DNA of 64,000 nt from Thermoproteota archaeon (GCA_037917685.1 JAVCBU010000012.1:64001-128000); one strand, 5' to 3'; shown: positions 20,083 to 30,007, numbered from the stretch's first letter. Numbers and translations are program-made. The notes: generated by a model not told the origin, from the sequence alone.

Positions 20083-21801
20083 TTGAGAAGGTTTAAAGGG
20101 GTACCTGCGTCTCGAGGTATATCGCTTGGCACGGCATACGTATACTGCAAGGAGGAACTCCGTGTAAAGGCTGAAAGAGTTGACGATCCAACCAGGGAGG
20201 TGGAACGCTTTAGGGAGACTTTGACTAGGGTTAAGTCCTACCTGTCAAGGCTTGGAGACAAAGTTAGAGCTGAGGTTGGAGAGGAGGAAGCCGCTATATA
20301 CGATGCTTTACTTTTGATACTTGAGGATGAATCCTCCTTCGTTAACCCTACGATTGATCTTATAACCGGGCAGGGTATTTGCGCGGAGTACGCAGTACAT
20401 AAGGTTTTGGAGGATGTGGCATGTACTCTTGAAGGATTAGAGAGCGAGTATATGAGGCAAAGGGCTCTTGACGTTAGAGATGTGAAAGAGCTTATAATTA
20501 GAAATCTGAGGGAGGAGGCTGAACCGTTGGCGAGGAGGCTCCCTGAGAATGCTATTGTCATCGCTGCTGAGCTTGGGCCTTCCGATATAGCCGGGCTGGA
20601 CAAGCGGATGATTGCAGGCTTTGTTACGGAGAAGGGTGGTGTTACGAGCCACCCTGCCATTATCGCTAGATCCATGGGCATCCCTGCGGTGATGGGTGTA
20701 AAAGGGGTACTACAGGCTATAAAGCCTGGTGTGAGGGTTATCGTTGATGGTGTCAGTGGGGAGGTTATCATAGATCCGCCTCCAGATATGGTAAAAAGAT
20801 ATCTTAAGAAAGCCATGGAGGAAAAAAGGGAATATGATCTCCTCATGAAGTATGCCAAGCTGCCTGCAGTGACAAGAGACGGCTTCAAGGTAGGCGTATA
20901 TGCTAATGTAGGTAGTAGGGATGACGTTAATCTTGCTGTGAAGTATGGCGCTGAAGGCATAGGCTTGCTTAGAACAGAGTTCATGTTCGCAGAAAGAGAC
21001 AGGCCGCCAGGCGAGGATGAACTTTTAAGAGAGCTTGTGTATATAGCGGACAAATTCAAGGGGAAGCCGATAATCGTTAGAACCCTTGATGTAGGCTGTG
21101 ATAAGCCGCTGCCCTACGTTAGAATCCCACGTGAGGATAATCCTTTCCTGGGAGTTAGAGGAATCCGGGTTACGTTACGGCACAGAGACGTATTTAAGCT
21201 CCAGCTTAGGGCGATACTTAGAGCAACGGTTAGGGGAGACTTTAGGATAATGTTCCCTATGATTACGGTTCCGGAGGAGTTTAAACAGGCGAGGGCGCTG
21301 CTTGAGGAGTGTATGGATGAGCTTTCCGACCAGGGTGTCAGCTACAGCGAGGACGTGAAAGTTGGGATCATGGTTGAAACTCCCTCAGCGGCTTTGCTTA
21401 TGGACTTGTTTGCCGACATGGCAGACTTCTTCAGCATCGGTACTAACGACTTAACACAGTATGTTCTAGCAGCTGACAGAGGGAACGCTGAACTCTCAGC
21501 TCTGTACAACCCTTTCCAGCCGGCAGTCTTAAAACTGATAGCCATAACCGTAGAGGAGGCGCATATGAGGGGGAAAGAGGTTGGGGTATGCGGGGAAATG
21601 GCCTCTGATCCCAGGGCTATCCCACTTCTTGTAGGCCTAGGAGTAGACGAGCTTAGCATGAATCCAATAGAGATCCCCAGGGCAAAGAAGACAATTAGAG
21701 AGGTGAGTAAGGATTCAGCTGAGAAAATAGCGGCTAAGGCTTTAAAGGCTAAAAGTGTAAGCGAAGTGTTAAAGATATTAGAGGGGTCAGGGGAGGGTTG
21801 A
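20083..21801 (+). CDS. ptsI: PTS enzyme I (PEP-protein phosphotransferase)
   Basis: GGVTSHPAIIARSMGIP, GIGLLRTEF, EDNPFLGVRG, DFFSIGTNDLTQY, GVCGEMA. Confidence 0.97.
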   Translation: MRRFKGVPASRGISLGTAYVYCKEELRVKAERVDDPTREVERFRETLTRVKSYLSRLGDKVRAEVGEEEAAIYDALLLILEDESSFVNPTIDLITGQGICAEYAVHKVLEDVACTLEGLESEYMRQRALDVRDVKELIIRNLREEAEPLARRLPENAIVIAAELGPSDIAGLDKRMIAGFVTEKGGVTSHPAIIARSMGIPAVMGVKGVLQAIKPGVRVIVDGVSGEVIIDPPPDMVKRYLKKAMEEKREYDLLMKYAKLPAVTRDGFKVGVYANVGSRDDVNLAVKYGAEGIGLLRTEFMFAERDRPPGEDELLRELVYIADKFKGKPIIVRTLDVGCDKPLPYVRIPREDNPFLGVRGIRVTLRHRDVFKLQLRAILRATVRGDFRIMFPMITVPEEFKQARALLEECMDELSDQGVSYSEDVKVGIMVETPSAALLMDLFADMADFFSIGTNDLTQYVLAADRGNAELSALYNPFQPAVLKLIAITVEEAHMRGKEVGVCGEMASDPRAIPLLVGLGVDELSMNPIEIPRAKKTIREVSKDSAEKIAAKALKAKSVSEVLKILEGSGEG

Positions 21802-21804
21802 TTC

Positions 21805-22080
21805 TTAAATAGTCTTCCGTCCTACCAGTAGAAAGTGCTCACTTGCACCTATTATGGATGATTCGAGGTTTCTATTACTATTTTAACCCACTTCTCCCAT
21901 TTTCAGGGTCTTCGGCGATCCTGTTAGTTTCCTCCCGGTGATGGGAAGATAAGCCTTCCAGGGCGGCCATCTCCAGGACCTTTACGCCTTTCTTCTCAAA
22001 AATGTCTCTCAACTCTTCGGGCATGAACCAGTGGGGAGCTGTGAAGCCTTTCGACTCTTTCCTAGGTAGCTTGCCAGGTC
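21805..22080 (-). pseudogene. C-terminal remnant of a class I SAM-dependent methyltransferase with two frameshifts
   Basis: Minus-strand pieces in three segments: KGFTAPHWFMPEELRDIFEKKGVKVLEMAALEGLSSHHREETNRIAEDPE / KWEKWVKIVIETSNHP / SIIGASEHFLLVGRKTI*. No N-terminal half is visible. Confidence 0.6.
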
Positions 22081-22239
22081 CTCGATTGCAGCAGCCAATT
22101 ATACCTTCACATTAAAACCTGCTATAGGCCTTTTTAAAAAATGAAGAACAGCTATGTTGCGGATAGTAGAGGCATGATGATTAGGAAACGATTATAGTTG
22201 TTTGTTATTTGGGTGTGTTTGTTTATGGTTGAATCGTGG

Positions 22240-23142
22240 TTATTCTTTTATGTATGGTTTTCCTGCTTCTGCGGGCCCTCTCACTTTAACTCCGAATATT
22301 GCAATTACTATTACTGTTACTATGTAGGGTATCATTTTGGGTATTTGGGTTGGTATTCCTGTCTGTAGTGATGTTGAGACCCAAAACTGTATTTCGTCGA
22401 AGAATCCGAAGAATATTGAGCCTGCTATTGCAAACAGGGGATTCCATCTTACAAATATTACAAGGGCTAGAGCTATCCATCCTCTTCCTCCTGTTATCAT
22501 TCTTATGAAGATGTTGTTCCAGTCTATGGAGAGGTATACGCCTGCGAGGGCAAAGTAGATGGAGCCTAGGGTTGTGGCTAGGATTCTGTATTTGTAAACG
22601 TTTATCCCTGCTGCGTCGGCCGCGAAGGCGGATTCGCCGCAGGCTCTGAGTCTTAGGCCGTACTTCGTCTTGTAGAGAAGGAACCATGCTAATATTGCCA
22701 TTATCAGGGAGACTGGCAGGAAGTATGATATTCTTTCACCTGTCGCCAGGGTGTATAGGGCTGGAAGCCTCTCCACTGCTCTGCCGTAGCCAAATGTTTT
22801 CCATACTATTATTGTCAGAGTCTCTGTTAGTCCCATGGCAAGTGTTAGAAGTCCTAGTCCTAGTACGACTTGTATCGCCCTAGCCTTGACGCTTAGATAC
22901 CCGTATATTAGTCCAAGAATTATACCTGTTATAAGGCCTAAGAGTAAACCGTAGTATGGACTTCCAGTCTTCCAAGACCCGTAGGCAGCGTTGAATGCTG
23001 ATAGAAGCATTATCCCCTCGATTCCAATGTTTATTATGCCGGCTCTCTCGGTTATTATCTCGCCTACAGCCCCAAACAAGAGTGGAATCATACATCTGAT
23101 CGTCCCGAGTGCGAGGGATAGTATTATTCCAAGGTCTAGCAT
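22240..23142 (-). CDS. Nucleoside/sugar ABC transporter permease (BPD_transp_2)
   Basis: ERAGIINIGIEG, GLRLRACGE...AADAAGINV, GRGWIALA. Confidence 0.92.
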   Translation of the reverse strand: MLDLGIILSLALGTIRCMIPLLFGAVGEIITERAGIINIGIEGIMLLSAFNAAYGSWKTGSPYYGLLLGLITGIILGLIYGYLSVKARAIQVVLGLGLLTLAMGLTETLTIIVWKTFGYGRAVERLPALYTLATGERISYFLPVSLIMAILAWFLLYKTKYGLRLRACGESAFAADAAGINVYKYRILATTLGSIYFALAGVYLSIDWNNIFIRMITGGRGWIALALVIFVRWNPLFAIAGSIFFGFFDEIQFWVSTSLQTGIPTQIPKMIPYIVTVIVIAIFGVKVRGPAEAGKPYIKE

Positions 23143-24303
23143 CTATTTCACCTCCTCCTTTTCCTCCACTCTTCTCCTCCTGATGTATGCCCTTATCATG
23201 TCGAAGAGTCCTGGAAGAGCAGCAAACATGACTATCATACCTTCTATCGCGAGTGAAACTTCCTTAGGCATCCCGGTAGCTGGCTGTAGGCTTCTTGCCC
23301 CCACGTGGAGGGCTGCTATGAAGAAGCTTGCAAGAAGTATACCGATGGGGTTGAGTCTTCCAATTAGAGCTATCGGTATACCAGTAAAACCGTATCCTGG
23401 ACTGAATGCCTGGTTAAACCTGTACTCTGTGAAAACGACATCTAGGACGCCAACCAGTCCTCCTATAACCCCACTAAGTACCATTAAAATAACTGTCACC
23501 CTTTCCACGTCTATTCCACCGTACTCAGCTGCCTTTGGGTTTGACCCTATACACTTTATCATGTAGCCGAGAGTTGTTCCCTTCATAAGGTAGTATACAG
23601 CTCCAAATATTAGAAGGGAAATTATGACCCCTGAGGTTACCTCCTTCCCTCCAGCAAATGGAAGCGGTGGAACCATAGCGGTGTCCCGGATGGGGGGAGT
23701 TAGAATCCCTCCTGGGACTATTCCGGTCTTAGGCAAGAATGCTGTAACAACCAGCATTTCGGTGGTAAAGGTAGCTATGTAGTTAAGCATTATAGTTGTG
23801 ACAACCTCGTGGGCGCCCCTCTTGACTTTTAGAATAGCGGGGATGAATAGCCATGCTCCACCAACGACGGCGCCAATGAACATGCATAGCAGGGGATGCA
23901 GGATCCTTCCGATGAGCCCGCTGGGCATGGGTAAGAGGTATCCGATGACAAAGGATGAGAAAGCGCCTAGATACAAGGCTCCTTCTACTCCTATATTAAA
24001 TATTCCACCAAGGAAGCATATCCCAAGAGCTAATCCTGATGGTAGGAGGAACATGAACTCTCTAAGAGTTGTAGACCAGCCTAGAGGTCCGCCGAATGCT
24101 CCTTGCATGCCATACCTCTCATTGCCTATGAACATCGACTTATAAGCATTGGCTGGGTCGTATCCCCATAGATACATTAGAATTCCTCCTCCAAGGAACC
24201 CTATCAAGATAACTGTTAAAGACTGTAATACCTGGAGTAAGCTTTCTCCATACTTATCCCAGAATGATAGTTCAACTTTTTCTAAGCTCATCTTCAGGTA
24301 CAC
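23143..24303 (-). CDS. Nucleoside/sugar ABC transporter permease
   Basis: FNIGVEG, HEVVTTIMLNYIA, GYGFTGIPIALIGRLNP. Confidence 0.92.
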   Translation of the reverse strand: MYLKMSLEKVELSFWDKYGESLLQVLQSLTVILIGFLGGGILMYLWGYDPANAYKSMFIGNERYGMQGAFGGPLGWSTTLREFMFLLPSGLALGICFLGGIFNIGVEGALYLGAFSSFVIGYLLPMPSGLIGRILHPLLCMFIGAVVGGAWLFIPAILKVKRGAHEVVTTIMLNYIATFTTEMLVVTAFLPKTGIVPGGILTPPIRDTAMVPPLPFAGGKEVTSGVIISLLIFGAVYYLMKGTTLGYMIKCIGSNPKAAEYGGIDVERVTVILMVLSGVIGGLVGVLDVVFTEYRFNQAFSPGYGFTGIPIALIGRLNPIGILLASFFIAALHVGARSLQPATGMPKEVSLAIEGMIVMFAALPGLFDMIRAYIRRRRVEEKEEVK

Positions 24304-25798
24304 CTCCCATCATCATACCTATCTCCTCGATGCTGTAGTCGCTGGGACGTCCTACCCCCATAAATCTACCCTCGTATATAACTGCAATCCTATCAGATAG
24401 GCTTAATACCTCGTCAAGGTCGGACGATATGAGTAGAACGGCTTTACCCTCATCTCTCATCTTCAAAAGAGACGATCTGACAAACTCAGTAGCTGCAACG
24501 TCAAGGCCCATTGTGGGCTCGGCTGCGATTATAAGCTTAGGGCTTCGACTCAGCTCTCTAGCAATTATCACTCTTTGCTGGTTCCCCCCTGAGAGATATT
24601 TAACCATGACCTTCTCGCTAGGCGTCATAATGTTAAACTTCTCTATTAAGTCCAAAGCGTAGCTCCTTATAACCTGGCTGTTCAGCCTTAACCCATCTGA
24701 GAACGGGCTATCATAGAACCTGTTTAAGATAAGGTTTTCCATGACTGAAAGTTCACCTATGAGACCCCTCTCAACCCTGTTTTCTGGAATATAGCTCACA
24801 CCAGCCTGATAGATATGTTTGGGAGGGACGTTGGTCACATCTTTACCGTCGATTATGACTTTGCCCTTTACAACCTCTCTTAAACCAACAAGAGCCTCAG
24901 CGAGTTCAGACTGTCCGTTACCTTGTACTCCTGCAATTCCGAATATTTCTCCGCCTTTAACGGTGAACGATAGGCCATTGACAGCCGGAAGCCCCATATC
25001 ATTAAGAACATGTAAGTCTAAAACTTTCAAGATCTCCTTTCCTACCTGGACGGGTTTCTTCTCGAATTTCAGAAATACTTCTCTGCCAACCATCATTTTA
25101 GCAAGGTCGGGTATATCAACCTCTGAAGCATTAACCGTTGAGACCCGAATTCCGCCTCTAAGAACCGTGATCCTATCACAGATGGCTTTAGCCTCTTTAA
25201 GCTTGTGAGTGACGAAAACGATACTTCTCCCCTGAGATCTGAGTTTATCAAGTGTTTTAAACAGGTCTCTAACCTCAAGGGGTGTTAAGACTGAGGTAGG
25301 CTCGTCTAAGATCAAAACGTTTACATTCCTATATAGTAATTTTAGAATCTCAACCCTTTGTCTAGCTCCAACCGGGAGATCCCTAATGGGTACATCCAGA
25401 TTGACATGTAGGCCGGTTTCCTCCATTAGACTTAAGACATGGTCTCTTGCAGCCTCGAGGTCTATGAGACCTTTATCGCCGGGTTCCGTACCGAGAGTTA
25501 TATTTTCTAACGCCGTAAACTCTGGTACAAGTGTAAAATGTTGAAAAACCATGCCAATACCATGATTTAACGCATCACGGGGGCTTCCGAAGCTGACAGT
25601 CTTACCTCCAACAAGTATTTCACCAGATGTAGGCTGGATTTGGCCGTAAAGTATTCTCATAAGAGTAGACTTACCAGCACCGTTCTCGCCTAGCAAACCA
25701 TGTATTTCTTGCTTCCTGAGATCGAAATTCACTCCTCTGAGAGCATAAACTCCATCAGGATATATCTTCCTAATACCTTTCATTACAACTTGAAGCAT
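24272..25798 (-). CDS. ABC transporter ATP-binding protein (two NBDs, CUT2/NupA type)
   Basis: GENGAGKST, LILDEPT, LSGGNQQ, ISSDLDE. Confidence 0.95.
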   Translation of the reverse strand: MLQVVMKGIRKIYPDGVYALRGVNFDLRKQEIHGLLGENGAGKSTLMRILYGQIQPTSGEILVGGKTVSFGSPRDALNHGIGMVFQHFTLVPEFTALENITLGTEPGDKGLIDLEAARDHVLSLMEETGLHVNLDVPIRDLPVGARQRVEILKLLYRNVNVLILDEPTSVLTPLEVRDLFKTLDKLRSQGRSIVFVTHKLKEAKAICDRITVLRGGIRVSTVNASEVDIPDLAKMMVGREVFLKFEKKPVQVGKEILKVLDLHVLNDMGLPAVNGLSFTVKGGEIFGIAGVQGNGQSELAEALVGLREVVKGKVIIDGKDVTNVPPKHIYQAGVSYIPENRVERGLIGELSVMENLILNRFYDSPFSDGLRLNSQVIRSYALDLIEKFNIMTPSEKVMVKYLSGGNQQRVIIARELSRSPKLIIAAEPTMGLDVAATEFVRSSLLKMRDEGKAVLLISSDLDEVLSLSDRIAVIYEGRFMGVGRPSDYSIEEIGMMMGGVPEDELRKS

Positions 25799-25814
25799 CC
25801 TAATCAGCCCTTAT

Positions 25815-25839
25815 AAACCCCAAAAAAAGATGGGGATTT
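25815..25839 (-). terminator. Intra-operon hairpin/oligo-T element after the binding-protein gene
   Basis: Minus strand AAATCCCCATCTTTTTTTGGGGTTT: CCCCA/TGGGG stem with a T7 tract, about 15 nt after the BMP stop codon. Confidence 0.45.
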
Positions 25840-25854
25840 AGGTGAGGTTTACTC

Positions 25855-27186
25855 TTACTTCTTTCTCATCATTAGTGCGGCTATGGCTATTATAATCACT
25901 ATTACTACCACTACAGCTATTATCAGCCCTGTCTTCGGCTTCTCCTCGGGTGGAGGAGTAGTCGGGGCAGGAGTCGTAGTCGGAGGAGCTGTAGTAGTCG
26001 GGGCAGGAGTCGTAGTCGGAGGAGCGAAGGTAAACTTACCCATGTATTCAGCTCTAAGGTCTTGAATTGTGTCTGGAGACGGTACCGGAACCTCTATCTC
26101 ACCATTGATTATTTTGTTCTTAAGCTCGTCGATTTTGCTCTGGTACTGGGCGAGGTAGGTATTGTACATATTGGTAACTTTAGCCTTAATGTCGTTGATC
26201 TCTTCATCGCTATATCCAGCATTCTTTAGGAAGTCAGCCCAAATCTCCATGTCCTCTGGAGTTGTAATCCCGACGCCCCCCTCCTTAAGCCCTAGTGAGA
26301 GGATTCCAGGCTCAAACTCTCCCTTTACAGCCTTCATCACGGCAAGTTCTACGCCGTAGTCCACCTTCTTCCTCATGGAGCATAGTACGTAGCCGGGATG
26401 AATATAGTCCTGGTCTGCGTCGACACCAATGCTGAATATAGGCTTCCCGGTTGCAATGGCACGGTCGTAGCATGCATCAAGTACGCCAAGCCCAGTTGCA
26501 CCAGCAGCGGCATATATAACATCAAACCCCTGGTCCAAAAACGTGGTAGCGGCCTCTCTACCCTTGCTCGGGTCTCCAAAAGTACCAGTGTAGACATATG
26601 CTATTTCAATGTCCTTTCCAAGCTCCTTAGCCATCCATTTAGCACCAAAGGCATATCCTATTTCAAACTTCCAAAGTATCGGGATTTCCATACCAAGAAC
26701 GACAGCTACCTTACCCGTTGATGTAACGGCTGCGGCAGCCGCTCCTACTAGAGCTGAACCCTCATTCTCCCTGAAAACTATTGACATAACGTTGGGCTGG
26801 TCAACAACAGCGTCTATAATCATGTAGTGTTGATCAGGATACTTAGGTGCCGTCTTATTCAACGCATCAGTCCAAAGGAAGCCAATGCAGCATAGAATGT
26901 CGTATCTGCCACTTTCAGAGAAAGTGGCCAGTTGAGTCTCATACTCAGCTGATGAAGCAGGAGTGAACTCTGTCACGTGTACCGTGTACCCTTCCTGTTC
27001 AAGCTTGTTCTTTGCAACCTCTGCACCGTAGGCAGCCATATCGTTAAAGCTTAGGTCCCCTCTCCCGCCGATGTCGAAGAGTACTGCTACGAGATGCTCT
27101 TCCTGGCCTACAGTAAGGGTTGAGGGAATTATTGAAAGAATAGCTACAGCTAGCAGAAGCCCGGTTAACTCATATTTCACTTTCAT
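25855..27186 (-). CDS. BMP/PnrA-family nucleoside-binding protein with a Pro/Thr linker and C-terminal TM anchor
   Basis: GGRGDLSFND, FRENEGS, AAAGATGLG, IGVDADQ, SMRKKVD; signal peptide and C-terminal hydrophobic helix ending RKK. Confidence 0.92.
   Translation of the reverse strand: MKVKYELTGLLLAVAILSIIPSTLTVGQEEHLVAVLFDIGGRGDLSFNDMAAYGAEVAKNKLEQEGYTVHVTEFTPASSAEYETQLATFSESGRYDILCCIGFLWTDALNKTAPKYPDQHYMIIDAVVDQPNVMSIVFRENEGSALVGAAAAAVTSTGKVAVVLGMEIPILWKFEIGYAFGAKWMAKELGKDIEIAYVYTGTFGDPSKGREAATTFLDQGFDVIYAAAGATGLGVLDACYDRAIATGKPIFSIGVDADQDYIHPGYVLCSMRKKVDYGVELAVMKAVKGEFEPGILSLGLKEGGVGITTPEDMEIWADFLKNAGYSDEEINDIKAKVTNMYNTYLAQYQSKIDELKNKIINGEIEVPVPSPDTIQDLRAEYMGKFTFAPPTTTPAPTTTAPPTTTPAPTTPPPEEKPKTGLIIAVVVVIVIIIAIAALMMRKK
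25958..26025. repeat. Tandem 32-bp direct repeat (period 36) encoding the Pro/Thr linker
   Basis: GTAGTCGGGGCAGGAGTCGTAGTCGGAGGAGC at 25958 and 25994. Confidence 0.85.
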
Positions 27187-27339
27187 CCCCCAGGTTCTTT
27201 ATGACGTTAGGGATTGTGAAATTTAAATTTTTTTGCAACGCATCGTTTAACGATTCGGCTAATGTTTAATCTTAATCTTCAGTTTATAACATGTAACCAG
27301 GCTTGCTAGGATTAACCTTGATCTCCTATCTCTTAGATA

Positions 27340-27711
27340 CTACCTGTTTTTTATGAGCAGCCAGTTTTCGTCTTTTCCAGATATTCGTGCTCTTACGAGC
27401 GTGTACCTTCCATTCAGTTTAGACCCGTGAAAGACGATGGATATTTTATCACTGCTTAACTCTTTAATCTCGTAGGTTCCCTTATCCCATATCAAAACCT
27501 TACCTGCACCATATTGGCCAGGAGGTATCTCCCCTTCAAAATTCAAGTATTCTAGCATATGATCCTCAACCTGTACAGCCAGCCTTCTAGTCCCAGGGGT
27601 GAGTGGAGGACCCTTAGGCAGGGCCCAAGACCTGAGCACACCCTTCATCTCAAGCCTTAAATCCCAGTGAAGCTTCCGAGCATGATGCTCATGGACGACA
27701 AATCTCGGCAT
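27340..27711 (-). CDS. Stand-alone LigD-type 3'-phosphoesterase (PE domain)
   Basis: RFVVHEHHARKLHWDLRLE..GVLRSWALPKGP, RLAVQVEDH..Y..FEG.IP.GQYGAG.V.IWD.GTY. Confidence 0.92.
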   Translation of the reverse strand: MPRFVVHEHHARKLHWDLRLEMKGVLRSWALPKGPPLTPGTRRLAVQVEDHMLEYLNFEGEIPPGQYGAGKVLIWDKGTYEIKELSSDKISIVFHGSKLNGRYTLVRARISGKDENWLLIKNR

Positions 27712-27838
27712 AACCCTTTTAAGATTAATCCTGGCACCATTTAAATATAAACTCCATAAAGAAGAGAAATAGAAGGAGAGCAGAGTATTATTCTATAGTT
27801 GCTCCTTAATCTTATAGGTTTGCGGTGGTTATTGAAGG

Positions 27839-28864
27839 ATGGAGGGAAGAAGTATTACTTTTAGGCGGCCTAGGCCTTGTGGGTTAACCGTTCACCCTTC
27901 GATCGGTTGTCCCTATAAATGTTTCTATTGCTATCTTCCGGAGCTTGGCGTCGGCTGGACGCCGAGGGTTTCAGAATTATCTGGCGAAGGGCTTGTAGAG
28001 ATGGTTCTGGCTAACAGGTATTTTGTCAAGGGGAGGAATGGTACTTTCCTTGCTTTCGGTAGCCTCGGAGAACCCTTTCTACCCGGCCAGGTTGCTGATA
28101 AGACCCTTGAGCTTATCTCTGCTGTTAAGACAGGGCTTGGCAATCCGATTCAGGTGTCCACTAAGGCTGTAGTGCCTAAGAGTAGTGTTCTATCCGGCAT
28201 TAGTATACTCATTACAGTAGTAACGTTGAAACGTTGGGAGGAGATTGAACCCTATTCTACGCCTCCGGAGGTTAGATTGGAGAATTTTGGGAGAGTTTAC
28301 TCCATCGGTGGGGTACCGGCCTTGTTTGTCAGGCCTATCATTCCAGGGATCACTGATGTTGAGATTTACGATATTTTAAGGGCTGCAGCGAGACACGGTT
28401 GTAGATATGCAGTATTCGGCGGGTTTAGGGTTACAAAGGGAATTGTTGACAGGCTTGCCGCGGCGGGGGTTGATGTCAGCCCTATCAAGGATAGGCTTCG
28501 AAGCAGGCTTGATGATACGCAGAGATATATCTACGGATGGGACCTTAAAGTTGAAGCTATGAGAGCCGCCGAGGAGACAGGTATTATTCCGCTTGGCTCG
28601 GCGTGCTGCGCTACTGCGGTAACATATGGCGTGGCGTGCACAGACCCTGTCTGGGTTTGGAGGAAGTGCACAGGATGCCCAAACAATTGTAGGGATAAGG
28701 TTCCTGATGAGGACTCTGTTATGGAGTTTCTAGCGTCGTTGAGAGTTCACGGAAGGGTTCTTGAGGATAAAATTATAGTGGAAAAGACGGATTATCGCCG
28801 GCTCAGGCTCTGGGAAAAGGTTAGAATTCAAACTTTCTCGAGAAGGTTTGTGGTGGCAGAGTAA
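27839..28864 (+). CDS. Radical SAM protein (SPL-like archaeal family)
   Basis: GCPYKCFYCY; GSLGEPF; QVSTK; RPIIPG; Cys-rich C-terminus. Confidence 0.85.
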   Translation: MEGRSITFRRPRPCGLTVHPSIGCPYKCFYCYLPELGVGWTPRVSELSGEGLVEMVLANRYFVKGRNGTFLAFGSLGEPFLPGQVADKTLELISAVKTGLGNPIQVSTKAVVPKSSVLSGISILITVVTLKRWEEIEPYSTPPEVRLENFGRVYSIGGVPALFVRPIIPGITDVEIYDILRAAARHGCRYAVFGGFRVTKGIVDRLAAAGVDVSPIKDRLRSRLDDTQRYIYGWDLKVEAMRAAEETGIIPLGSACCATAVTYGVACTDPVWVWRKCTGCPNNCRDKVPDEDSVMEFLASLRVHGRVLEDKIIVEKTDYRRLRLWEKVRIQTFSRRFVVAE

Positions 28865-28898
28865 CTATTTAAACTTGCATAGTGTACTCAGGCAATAG

Positions 28899-29264
28899 AT
28901 GGGTATAGAAGAAATTAAAAAGGTAATCAGCAACCTTATGGCGTTTGATAGCCATATTAAAGCTGTTGTTCTAGCAACGGCTGATGGCCTCGAATATCTA
29001 ACTGTTGGGAATGTAGATGGAGAAAGTCTTTCGGCTATTTCAGCTGTTATATTTGCTGCAACCCAGACTGCTGGCAAAAGGAGCGGTATGGGTGTTCCCT
29101 CGCAGGTTATCGTTAGGTTTGAAAGTGGATACTTCCTCATCAGGAAGATTAGTGAGGAGCTTGTCCTATGCGTTGTCTCTGATTCTGAAAGGCCTCCAAG
29201 CCATGTGTTTCTTGCTGAAATTGAGATGCTTGAGGGAAATGTTAAGAGGATTTTAGGCGGATAA
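28899..29264 (+). CDS. Roadblock/LC7 (MglB-like) protein
   Basis: IKAVVLATADGL, LSAISAVIFAA, QVIVRFESGYFLI pattern; 121 aa. Confidence 0.85.
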   Translation: MGIEEIKKVISNLMAFDSHIKAVVLATADGLEYLTVGNVDGESLSAISAVIFAATQTAGKRSGMGVPSQVIVRFESGYFLIRKISEELVLCVVSDSERPPSHVFLAEIEMLEGNVKRILGG

Positions 29265-29267
29265 AAA

Positions 29268-29972
29268 CTACACAAGAGGTGGAGCAACCTCTAGAAGTTT
29301 TGACGCCAGGGATACTGCTACTGGTATGCTTAGATTGTCCTCTACACCGTATAGTTCTACTATTGACGATATTAAGGCGAGTATGCAAGCTTTAGGGAGG
29401 CTTGTAAGAAATACTAAAATTGAAAGGTATGATACGTAGCCGGCTAGGAGGCCTTCTAGCGAGCCGTTTGAGTATGGTATTTTATGTCTCCCATATATGC
29501 TTCCTATCAGGGAGGAGTATACATCTGTGGTTGCCATTGCGACCACGCCGTAGAAAACGTGTGAATTCACTAGTAGGTAGGCAACTGCAACTCCTATGGT
29601 CCCGTTTACAAGGCCAAAGTATCCTGCTTTCCACTCGTATTCCCTCATCATTAGATGTATTGTTTTTTCAACTGAATCCATGATTTCTTCTATTCTTTTA
29701 CCGATTGGCAGCTCCCTAGCTTTACGCCTGATCTCTCTAAGCCTACTCTCGGGAATTGGGCTTTTAACCCTGAAAGCATTTAATATCGCAGCCCAGAACA
29801 AGATCTGAGCGTAGATTATACCAGGTGATAGCATATAGTAGATTGGCCATGGGAGGCTTACAGGAAACAGTAAATCTGCAATATCCCTTAAGTATAATGG
29901 AAGGGATAGCAAAAGTGCAAGTAGCATGTGAATAAATTTCCTAAGAATCAGTCCTTTGATATTGCCCTCCAT
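29268..29972 (-). CDS. Dolichol/phytol kinase-like membrane protein
   Basis: RKFIHM, D..SSLIG..YGRHKI...GSLEG, EDNLSIP. Confidence 0.8.
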   Translation of the reverse strand: MEGNIKGLILRKFIHMLLALLLSLPLYLRDIADLLFPVSLPWPIYYMLSPGIIYAQILFWAAILNAFRVKSPIPESRLREIRRKARELPIGKRIEEIMDSVEKTIHLMMREYEWKAGYFGLVNGTIGVAVAYLLVNSHVFYGVVAMATTDVYSSLIGSIYGRHKIPYSNGSLEGLLAGYVSYLSILVFLTSLPKACILALISSIVELYGVEDNLSIPVAVSLASKLLEVAPPLV

Positions 29973-30007
29973 AACATTTATTTTCAGCCCTTGGAAGATT
30001 ATTAAGT

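Noticed and set aside
20238-21059. 273-aa antisense ORF
   Set aside because: Lies entirely opposite ptsI; Ser-rich shadow translation with no motifs.
22140-22200. Possible box C/D RNA (ATGAAGA...CGGA...ATGATGA)
   Set aside because: No terminal CTGA D box at the expected distance.
22991-23566. 191-aa plus-strand ORF
   Set aside because: Antisense to two ABC permease genes.
25958-26025. Direct repeat as a CRISPR or mobile-element signal
   Set aside because: In-frame duplication encoding a Pro/Thr linker of the binding protein.
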